Positions 6,047 through 13,016 of a stretch of 26,357 nt of DNA are shown here, piece after piece. Source of the stretch: a virus (taxonomy: Duplodnaviria > Heunggongvirae > Uroviricota > Caudoviricetes); the IMG/VR virus record IMGVR_UViG_2645727948_000026, positions 1 to 26,357 of that record, one strand, 5' to 3'. The notes beneath the pieces were generated by a model, which did no database searches, was not told where the DNA came from, and saw only the letters and a program-made list of their open reading frames with translations. Position 1 is the stretch's first letter. Every line of letters begins with the position of its first letter. The translations under genes were made by a program, and so were the position numbers.

Positions 6047-8883
6047 ATGAGTTTGCATGGAGCTGGAATGAACCACGGCCAGCCATTGATCCGGCCAGAT
6101 TTACGGAGCACAGGCAGGAAACTGAAACCGACCTGCAACGCGCCATCCGTTACTACCTTGAGGCAGACAAAAAGGCTCTGGAAGAACAGGAAGCGAAGGA
6201 GGAAGCCTTTTTCGCACAATCCACCGTGGGTAAAAAACTCATGGCATCCCTTGAGGAAGCCGGACAGCGTGAAAAGCTGGCACAAAGCATCATCAGCAAG
6301 CGTCAGGCAACAGAACAAGACCCGGTGGCCCGTGCTTTTGCCACACTGAAGGTGCTTCCCGTTTATCTGCGTAAACCTCTGAGCCGCCACCTCTCTTTCC
6401 TGCGCAAAAAACAGGAAGCCGATCGCCAGAAAGGCAAAAAGAGCTGGCAGGCTGAACGCTACGCGCGCGGAACCCTGCGCAAAATATTCGAACGCCTGGA
6501 CCGCACCGACCACCGCTGGCTGACACCGGGTTATCGCTCCCTTGCCGGACGCGAACGCCTGGATGATTTGCTTTACCTGCCGCAGCTCAACAAGCACCAG
6601 ATACAGACGCTGGCCACCATGACGGCGGCGATGTTCAGCAGCACCTTCGAAAAACTCTGCGATGGCTTTGGCGCGACCGATGGTGAGCTGACCATGGATG
6701 TAACGCTGAAGGCGTATCAGATGCTGGCCCGCATGGCGTTACACCTGCACGCCATGCCTCCACATTATGACGCACTGACAACAGACAAAGACCGGAGGAA
6801 CGAACCGGACACGGAGCTGCTGCCGGGCGCAACCCTTCGCCTGACCTGTGCGGAATGGTGGAAACGCAAACTGTGGCTGTTACGTTGCGAGTGGCGGGAA
6901 GAACAACTCCGCGCCGCCTGTCTGGTTTCCAGAAAAACATCACCCTATCTGAGCCAGGACGCGTTAAGCGAGTTTCGCGCACAGCGCGAGAAAACACGCG
7001 ATTTCCTGAAAAGTTTCATGCTGGAAAATGAAGACGGGTTCACGATTGATCTCGAGACGGTGTATTACGCGGGAGTAAGTAACCCGGTTCACCGTAAGGC
7101 AGAAATGATGGCCACCATGAAGGGGCTGGAACTTCTGGCCGAAGCCCGTGGCGACAGAGCGGTGTTTCTGACTGTCACCTGCCCGTCAAAATACCACGCA
7201 ACAACGGAGAACGGTCATCCGAATCCCAAATGGAACGGGGCCACAATGCGCGACTCCAGCGATTACCTGGTTAACACGTTTTTTGCGGCGGTCCGCAAAA
7301 AACTGAACCGCGACGGCCTGCGCTGGTATGGCATCCGCACGGTGGAGCCTCACCATGACGGCACTGTGCACTGGCATATGATGGTCTTTGCACATCCGGA
7401 CGAGATTGAAACCATCGTGTCCCACGTCTGCGATATTGCCATTCAGGAAGACCGCCACGAGCTGGGCGATGACATAACTCCGCGTTTTAAGGCGGAGTAC
7501 GTCGACGGCTCAAAAGGCACGCCAACCAGCTACATCGCCACCTACATCGGAAAGAACCTGGACAGCCGCGCCGTGGATGGCATCGACCCGAAAACGGGCA
7601 AGCCACGCGTTGACCACGAAACAGGTAAATCAATGGCCGAGAGCGTGGAGCGCGCCATCGGCTGGGCGCGCCTTCACCGGGTCCGTCAGTTCCAGTTCTT
7701 TGGCATCCCCTCCCGTCAGGTGTGGCGTGAACTGCGCCGCCTTGCCAGCCAGATGGCACGCAATCCGGAAGGCCCGCAACGGCTGAAGGATGACGCAATG
7801 GACGCGGTACTCGCTGCCGCTGATGCCGGATGTTTTGCCACCTACATTGAGAAACAGGGTGGCGTACTTGTTCCACGCAAAGACTACCTGATTCGCACCG
7901 CCTACGACCTCGCAGATGAGCTGAACGATTACGGTGAACAGAGCGTACAGATTTACGGGATCTGGTCGCCGCTCATTGGGGAGTCTTCCCGCGTATGCAC
8001 GCATCCGGATAACTGGAAGCTGGTAAGACGCAAACCGGAAGCGGAAGACAGCGCCCGCGAAAATGGTTTTGACCTTCAGGGCGGCCCTGCCGCCCCTTGG
8101 ACTCGTGGCAATAACTGTCCCCGTGTACAGGAAACAGGCAACAACGGGACAGAACAGCCGGAAGAACGGCCAGCACCGTGGCCGCAGCTTCCTGACGGCG
8201 TTGAAGTAAATGAATGGATGCGCTCACTGAAACGGCACGAACGCCGGGCGCTGATGCGTTCGCTTCGTGACAAACAGGCAAAAAACAGCAGCGATGAAAT
8301 GCAGAACTGGACACAGAGCCGCAAACAGCAGCGGCCTTTGCCTGATAACCACGAGTTACTCGCTAAAGAATGGCGGGAGTCTGCTGAATCTCTCGGCCTG
8401 CATATCGGTGAACAACAGATGCAGCACCTGTTACGGGGCGGCAGTCTGTACGTTGACGGCAGCATCATTGCACCGCAGGGATTTGAAATTGTACGCAAAC
8501 CGGATACCCGCCCGGACAGCCGAATCACGCAGCTCTGGCAGCGTCTGAGCCGTAATCATGGCGTAAGCAGCACGGAGATCCGCCATAACCCGGTCGCCAG
8601 CTATCTGGCACAGCTGGGGGCATCAGACCCTGAAGCCGCCGCACGCCTGGCATCCACACTTCAGCAGGACCAGAACACCATGAAAACACCCGTTACCGTG
8701 CTTTCTGACATGCTGCGCGCCATCCGCGACGCAGAGCACGCACAGAGAATCAGTGAAACCACTGAACGCGCCAGCCGCAAAGCAGACCTGCTGCGGGGTG
8801 GCCTGACCAGTGGAAACAAAAAACAGACAGAAACGGGACTCACGAATCCCGTAAATGAGCAAAAAACGCGCAGCGATATATGA
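6043..8883 (+). CDS. A: Rolling-circle replication initiator endonuclease, P2 gpA-like (about 946 aa)
   Basis: ORF track 6016..8883. HUH motif (TVHWHMMVF) and paired catalytic tyrosines (SYIATYIGKN). Start at ATG 6043 preferred because it couples to the upstream stop; 6016 is also possible. C-terminus is longer than P2 gpA as I recall it (761 aa). Confidence 0.85.
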   Translation: MNEFAWSWNEPRPAIDPARFTEHRQETETDLQRAIRYYLEADKKALEEQEAKEEAFFAQSTVGKKLMASLEEAGQREKLAQSIISKRQATEQDPVARAFATLKVLPVYLRKPLSRHLSFLRKKQEADRQKGKKSWQAERYARGTLRKIFERLDRTDHRWLTPGYRSLAGRERLDDLLYLPQLNKHQIQTLATMTAAMFSSTFEKLCDGFGATDGELTMDVTLKAYQMLARMALHLHAMPPHYDALTTDKDRRNEPDTELLPGATLRLTCAEWWKRKLWLLRCEWREEQLRAACLVSRKTSPYLSQDALSEFRAQREKTRDFLKSFMLENEDGFTIDLETVYYAGVSNPVHRKAEMMATMKGLELLAEARGDRAVFLTVTCPSKYHATTENGHPNPKWNGATMRDSSDYLVNTFFAAVRKKLNRDGLRWYGIRTVEPHHDGTVHWHMMVFAHPDEIETIVSHVCDIAIQEDRHELGDDITPRFKAEYVDGSKGTPTSYIATYIGKNLDSRAVDGIDPKTGKPRVDHETGKSMAESVERAIGWARLHRVRQFQFFGIPSRQVWRELRRLASQMARNPEGPQRLKDDAMDAVLAAADAGCFATYIEKQGGVLVPRKDYLIRTAYDLADELNDYGEQSVQIYGIWSPLIGESSRVCTHPDNWKLVRRKPEAEDSARENGFDLQGGPAAPWTRGNNCPRVQETGNNGTEQPEERPAPWPQLPDGVEVNEWMRSLKRHERRALMRSLRDKQAKNSSDEMQNWTQSRKQQRPLPDNHELLAKEWRESAESLGLHIGEQQMQHLLRGGSLYVDGSIIAPQGFEIVRKPDTRPDSRITQLWQRLSRNHGVSSTEIRHNPVASYLAQLGASDPEAAARLASTLQQDQNTMKTPVTVLSDMLRAIRDAEHAQRISETTERASRKADLLRGGLTSGNKKQTETGLTNPVNEQKTRSDI

Positions 8884-8931
8884 GGCGCGCACAAAACAGG
8901 CAAAAACGGGATTTCAGAATCCCGTAAACGA
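8824..8931. repeat. Two copies of a palindrome-containing direct repeat
   Basis: AAACGGGACTCACGAATCCCGTAAA (8831-8855) and AAACGGGATTTCAGAATCCCGTAAA (8904-8928), with conserved flanks, 73 bp apart. Copy 1 is inside the last gpA codons, copy 2 is intergenic just upstream of the parM-like gene. Confidence 0.6.
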
Positions 8932-8959
8932 TTAATTAATCAACATAAGGAAAACCGAC

Positions 8960-9919
8960 ATGAAAATTTACATCGACGACGGCTCCACCAACATCAAGCT
9001 GGCATGGACTGAGAACGGCGAACGCCGCAACGCCATCAGCCCGAACAGCTTCAAGTCGGAATGGTCTGCGCCGTTCGGTGGCTCGCAGCCTGCTAACTAC
9101 ATGCTTGATGGCGTGCGCTATGGTTTTGATCCGGTCAGCGATCGCTTTGTCCAGACGACCGACACGCAATACCAGTACAGCGATGTGAATGTCATTGCCA
9201 TTCATCACGCGCTGGTCAAATCAGACATCACGCCACAGGAAGTGGATGTGGTTGTTACCCTGCCACTGAGCGAATATTTCGACACAAACGCACAGCCGGA
9301 CATGGCCAACATCAACCGCAAAAAAGCGAACGTCATGCGCCCGGTGGAGTACCAGAACGGCGAAGCATTCACTATCCGTAACGTACGGGTTATGCCTGAA
9401 TCCATTCCGGCTGGCTTTAAAGCACTGGCTGACATGAGTCCGTTTGAATCCCTGCTGATTGTGGATTTGGGCGGAACCACGCTGGATGTGGCAAAGGTTC
9501 AGGGGCAACTGGCAGGTATCAGCCAGGTGTTTTGCGATCCACACGTAGGCGTTTCTCTTATGGCCGATGCCGTACTGTCGGTGATGGCCACTAACGGTAT
9601 GCGCACCAGTCACCACATCGCCAATACCATTATCGAACATCGCCATAATGAAGCCTGGCTGCGCCAGCACATCCACAATGACGCGCATTACGCCAGCCTG
9701 ATGGCGGTTATTCGTGAAAAGGAAGAAACACTGAAACAACGCGTGATCCGCGCGCTGGCGGTTTTTTCGGGTTACGGGCGGGTGATGGTTGTCGGTGGCG
9801 GGGCGGAGATTGTGGCACCCGCTATCCGCGAAGCCTGCGGAGTTAATGCGACTTTCATCGCGGACGGGGTGCCACAGTTTGCTCTGGTTAATGGGCTGTA
9901 CGCAATGGACAAGGAGTAA
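8960..9919 (+). CDS. parM: Actin-like ATPase, ParM/StbA family
   Basis: ORF track. N-terminus MKIYIDDGSTNIKLAW and blocks VMPESIPAG, LLIVDLGGTTLDV, VMVVGGGAE match my recollection of plasmid R1 ParM and the actin-fold phosphate/adenosine motifs. Confidence 0.7.
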   Translation: MKIYIDDGSTNIKLAWTENGERRNAISPNSFKSEWSAPFGGSQPANYMLDGVRYGFDPVSDRFVQTTDTQYQYSDVNVIAIHHALVKSDITPQEVDVVVTLPLSEYFDTNAQPDMANINRKKANVMRPVEYQNGEAFTIRNVRVMPESIPAGFKALADMSPFESLLIVDLGGTTLDVAKVQGQLAGISQVFCDPHVGVSLMADAVLSVMATNGMRTSHHIANTIIEHRHNEAWLRQHIHNDAHYASLMAVIREKEETLKQRVIRALAVFSGYGRVMVVGGGAEIVAPAIREACGVNATFIADGVPQFALVNGLYAMDKE

Positions 9920-9923
9920 ACCA

Positions 9924-10235
9924 ATGACGACACCAACCAGACGGATAAGTTTCTATCTGAAGCCCGCCGCCGTCAAGAACGAAGGAGAAGCATGCGCCTG
10001 GCTGGACAGCCTTACACCAGAAGCCCGCAAAAGCGGCCAACGCGTGGCTTTTCTGGCCGGGCTGGCACTTCTGAAGACGAATCCGGCAGAGGCTTACCGA
10101 CTGGCCGCATGGGCTGATGATGAGATGTTACCTGTGACACAAATCAGCTCAAAAAAGTTTGAAGCACAGTCTGCACCAGTGGCTAAGATAACCAGCCAGA
10201 TGGCTGGGAATATCCGGGCGTTATTTCCTGAGTAA
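9924..10235 (+). CDS. parR: ParR-like small DNA-binding adaptor (103 aa)
   Basis: ORF track 9789..10235 trimmed to ATG 9924 (GGAG RBS, 4 nt after the parM stop). N-terminus RRISFYLKP...LDSL...AFLAGLAL resembles R1 ParR as recalled. Confidence 0.55.
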   Translation: MTTPTRRISFYLKPAAVKNEGEACAWLDSLTPEARKSGQRVAFLAGLALLKTNPAEAYRLAAWADDEMLPVTQISSKKFEAQSAPVAKITSQMAGNIRALFPE

Positions 10236-10363
10236 AAGCATCTGCGCGAAAAATGCTCACGTTTATAGAGACAGTATCATTCCATTTGGCACACTTACTT
10301 CAATAATCGATCTGTTAAACAAATAGATTGTCTATTATCTATCGATTAAAACGATCAATTATC

Positions 10364-10391
10364 TTGACAGTAATGTGCCTTTTTGTAAGAT
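10364..10391 (+). promoter_or_regulatory. Sigma70-type promoter (rightward)
   Basis: TTGACA (10364-10369), 16-bp spacer, TAAGAT (10386-10391); AT-rich upstream region with CGAT/TATC motifs. Confidence 0.5.
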
Positions 10392-10441
10392 CGTTCGCAT
10401 TGTGAGCGACAAGATAATTGCGCGGCATTGTCCATGCAAAA

Positions 10442-10469
10442 CGCCCCAATAGCAGCAACTATTGGGGCG
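10442..10469 (-). terminator. Hairpin acting as a leftward terminator (candidate antisense RNA 3' end)
   Basis: Perfect 11-bp stem CGCCCCAATAG / CTATTGGGGCG with a 6-nt loop; only the minus-strand reading is followed by a U-run (plus AAAA at 10438-10441). Confidence 0.45.
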
Positions 10470-10497
10470 TAAAACTCGGTCGGGCTCACTTAACCTG

Positions 10498-10582
10498 ATA
10501 TGCGTGCCTTCCGAAGTAAATCAAAATGTGCGTCGTATATTTTATTGCTTACACGCACCTCTGTAAAGGCACGCATATTTTT
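10498..10582 (+). terminator. Long hairpin plus T-run (terminator or attenuator) before the 89-aa ORF
   Basis: 13-bp arms ATATGCGTGCCTT (10498-10510) / AAGGCACGCATAT (10566-10578) followed by TTTT; an inner GTGCGT/ACGCAC stem lies in the loop. Confidence 0.4.
10539..10567 (-). promoter_or_regulatory. Sigma70-type promoter (leftward), convergent with the 10364 promoter
   Basis: On the minus strand: TTTACA (plus 10562-10567), 17-bp spacer, TAAAAT (plus 10539-10544). Predicts a transcript of about 95 nt ending at the 10442-10469 hairpin. Confidence 0.45.
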
Positions 10583-10599
10583 CCTATGAGGTAAATAAA

Positions 10600-10869
10600 G
10601 TGCGGGCTAAAACAGGTATTTGCAAGAACCCTCATCGTTATAATCCAACATTTCTGTCTCTCCCTGAATATCAAGGACAAGAAGGTCGGCACAAATGCGC
10701 TGCCTGTGCTTTTGAGCTAGGCATAAAAGATGCGCTTGAAGGACGCGCTATGGCTCAGAATGATTTAGTTTTAGCTAACATTCCGTTTAGCCAGGCTGGA
10801 ACTGTAAGGCACAGAGATGCCTATGAAGCATATGTTCGTGGTTGGCGATTAATAAACAGCAACAATTGA
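10600..10869 (+). CDS. Small Cys-containing protein (89 aa), function unknown
   Basis: ORF track; GTG start with GAGGT RBS. CAACAF motif with a single CxxC. Followed by a clean intrinsic terminator. Confidence 0.4.
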   Translation: MRAKTGICKNPHRYNPTFLSLPEYQGQEGRHKCAACAFELGIKDALEGRAMAQNDLVLANIPFSQAGTVRHRDAYEAYVRGWRLINSNN

Positions 10870-10877
10870 TACTTTTG

Positions 10878-10903
10878 AAGCGCCGATAAGGCGCTTTTTT
10901 TGT
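10878..10903 (+). terminator. Rho-independent terminator
   Basis: AAGCGCC-GATAA-GGCGCTT stem-loop followed by a T8 run. Confidence 0.7.
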
Positions 10904-10904
10904 T

Positions 10905-11046
10905 TGCACGATAGTGCACAAGTTTGCACAATTTTTTTGAACGACTTTTTGTACTTCCGGCCCGCGTGGTGGCTGGATCCGTCAAGGATCCGTACGTGCA
11001 CAAAAAAACGCGTTTTTTCTGCGCGCAGGTGACGGGGGAACAGCCC
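10905..11046. other. Probable cos / packaging region with phased repeats
   Basis: TGCAC at 10905, 10915, 10925 (10-bp phasing) and 10997; two CGGATCCG palindromes (10975-10992); A6-CGCG-T6 palindrome (11003-11018); G-rich 19-mer GGTGACGGGGGAACAGCCC (11028-11046) resembling the P2/186 cohesive end as I recall it. Placement next to Q fits P2. Confidence 0.3.
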
Positions 11047-11302
11047 GCGTTTCAGGGGGTAAATAGCATTCCCTGAACGATGTCGCAGAGACACAACAGA
11101 ATGGCCATATTTCTCACGCTGAGCATGAAAAAGGCGTGAGGGCTTTTGATTTGATGGGGTGAAAGGTAAGGCCGTCAAAATCGCACTGAGGCAGCGAGAA
11201 CATACAGTCAACGCGGTGGAATTGCGTAAGAGTCTGACCGTCGATGGTGGCGATAAACTGGAAGGCGTCGTGAAATTATCTGATTGATACAGGAGCTGGA
11301 GA

Positions 11303-11331
11303 GCCGGGGCATAAATTTTTTATGCCCCGGC
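11303..11331. repeat. 29-bp perfect palindrome
   Basis: GCCGGGGCATAAA-TTT-TTTATGCCCCGGC, in the non-coding stretch upstream of the 174-aa ORF. Confidence 0.6.
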
Positions 11332-11430
11332 GAAGCAGCAGACAAGCGAAGCGCGTCAGCGATACGGCACCTTGCCGACCATACTTCATAAGTGCAAAAT
11401 ACGAGCAAAGAAATCAATGGAGGCTGTCTT

Positions 11431-11955
11431 ATGGTCATTAATTACAAGCAGTTAAGAGAAAAACGGGAGCAGGTAAAGGAGAGCTTTCGCCGCAATGAAG
11501 ATCTGACCCCGCTTGTACGCCTTGCCCAGGGCATTGTTGATGCTTATGAAATCTCGCTGGAGCTGCCATCACAGACCTGGACAGATAGCGACGGTAATCG
11601 CCAGCATTACGTTTCATGCGGACTGGAAGCAGCCGAAGGATTTCGCAGAATGCCTTTATCCCAGATCCCTGCCGCTACCCCCAAAGCACGGGGCAGCAAT
11701 GATGAGCGAAAACTGACTTTTAGTATTGAAACGGTGGTTGACGACACACCTGGCGAAGTCGCGTTCGTGCACACGCCTGTTTCGATCGCAATGTATAACG
11801 ATGAAATACAGGTTCGCGTTAATAATAATATCGTGCCACTTAAAGAAGGTAATTCACCCTACACCACCGTTTGTGAAGCCATTCAATATTACGTTCTCTC
11901 TGAAATTGATAATCTCAAGCCTGACGGCACCCAGAAAATGGTTCAACTCTGGTAA
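11431..11955 (+). CDS. Hypothetical protein (174 aa) convergent with the portal gene
   Basis: ORF track 11392..11955 trimmed to ATG 11431 (GGAGG 7 nt upstream). No recognisable motif. Confidence 0.55.
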   Translation: MVINYKQLREKREQVKESFRRNEDLTPLVRLAQGIVDAYEISLELPSQTWTDSDGNRQHYVSCGLEAAEGFRRMPLSQIPAATPKARGSNDERKLTFSIETVVDDTPGEVAFVHTPVSIAMYNDEIQVRVNNNIVPLKEGNSPYTTVCEAIQYYVLSEIDNLKPDGTQKMVQLW

Positions 11956-11960
11956 AAAGG

Positions 11961-11986
11961 ACAGCCCCATCACGGGGCTGTTTTTT
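11961..11986. terminator. Bidirectional terminator shared by the 174-aa ORF and Q
   Basis: CAGCCCC-ATCAC-GGGGCTG hairpin with T6 downstream on plus and a T-run on minus (plus AAAAA at 11953-11957). Confidence 0.6.
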
Positions 11987-13016
11987 CATCAAGAAGAGCA
12001 TAAGAGTTAAAACGGATCACCTCTTCGCCAAGCCAGTCATTGATGTGCTTCATAGCCTCCATGACGGGCATCAGCTCGTTAATTGCGTAAACCCGCGCTG
12101 CCTTCTCCACATCGCCAAACGCACTTTTTTCGCCCGGCATCGCCCCCATCAGTTGCGGCGGAACGCGGTGCGCAGCCAGCACATCATCACGGGATGCCGC
12201 CTTAACATTCATGAATTCATCTTTTGCGGTGATCTGCTGGAACGGCAAAATTTGCACCCCCTCTTTGCCCCCGTTGGGCGCATGAATGAGCACGTTTTTA
12301 AACGCACCACCACCACGTGCCCCCTGTAGCGTTTCTTTCAGGGAGTCCATGCTTTCGCGGTTTACCTGCGCTGCACCGATGTAGATGATGCACCCGGCGT
12401 GGGATCCGTTGTCGTAGTACAGTTTTCTGAACATGTCCGCCGAATGAGAAAGGCTGGCCGAGAGTAATGCGCCAAGATATTCCGGCATGCCGTAGATTTC
12501 CTGGTTAATATCCGGATTCATCAGGTGGCACACTTTGCCAGGACGAAACTGAAACGCGTCCTTGCCATCCTGCACATACCACCATGATTCAAGATCGCTT
12601 CCGCGTCGCATGTATTTCGCCAGGGCGTGCCGTAATTTAAGCGGTTCGCCGAGCATATTGCTTCGAAGCTCAAGGAATGCGTTACCGAACACAAACCAGT
12701 CCAGCGCCAGCGCCGAGAAATCCTGCCGGGAAAGCAGCGGGTGCGGGATGTAGCAACCGAGTAATACATTGCGCTTAAAGTAAAGCGCAGACTGATGCCA
12801 GGACGTTTGCCGGGCTGCTCTTGCCAGACCGTACCAGTCCACCGGGGTTTCATACCACCGCCCGTTATCAGCACAGTACATATTGTCCAGCAGGTCATGC
12901 CCGGTCAGGCGATAAGGACCATCAAATGTGAATGCACTGAGCGATGATTCTTTCCTGAGCGCATCAGCGAGATCAATGCGTGAACTCATGCGCACTTTTT
13001 TATTTTTTCTGCTCAT
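11970..13016 (-). CDS. Q: Portal protein, P2 gpQ-like
   Basis: ORF track (348 aa); size and position match P2 Q; start overlaps the P stop. Confidence 0.85.
   Translation of the reverse strand: MSRKNKKVRMSSRIDLADALRKESSLSAFTFDGPYRLTGHDLLDNMYCADNGRWYETPVDWYGLARAARQTSWHQSALYFKRNVLLGCYIPHPLLSRQDFSALALDWFVFGNAFLELRSNMLGEPLKLRHALAKYMRRGSDLESWWYVQDGKDAFQFRPGKVCHLMNPDINQEIYGMPEYLGALLSASLSHSADMFRKLYYDNGSHAGCIIYIGAAQVNRESMDSLKETLQGARGGGAFKNVLIHAPNGGKEGVQILPFQQITAKDEFMNVKAASRDDVLAAHRVPPQLMGAMPGEKSAFGDVEKAARVYAINELMPVMEAMKHINDWLGEEVIRFNSYALLDEKTAP

Noticed and set aside
5896-6597. 233-aa minus-strand ORF
   Set aside because: Lies antisense to the 5' part of gpA and the preceding early gene; typical shadow ORF in GC-rich coding sequence.
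10398-10420. lac-operator-like sequence CATTGTGAGCGACAAGATAATTG at the predicted transcription start
   Set aside because: Only a 10-nt run (ATTGTGAGCG) matches lacO and the element is not palindromic; probably coincidence.
10849-11438. Minus-strand ORFs 10849..11211 (120 aa) and 11208..11438 (76 aa)
   Set aside because: They span the putative cos region, terminator and promoter signals, with no RBS and implausible composition; the region is better explained as non-coding packaging/regulatory DNA.
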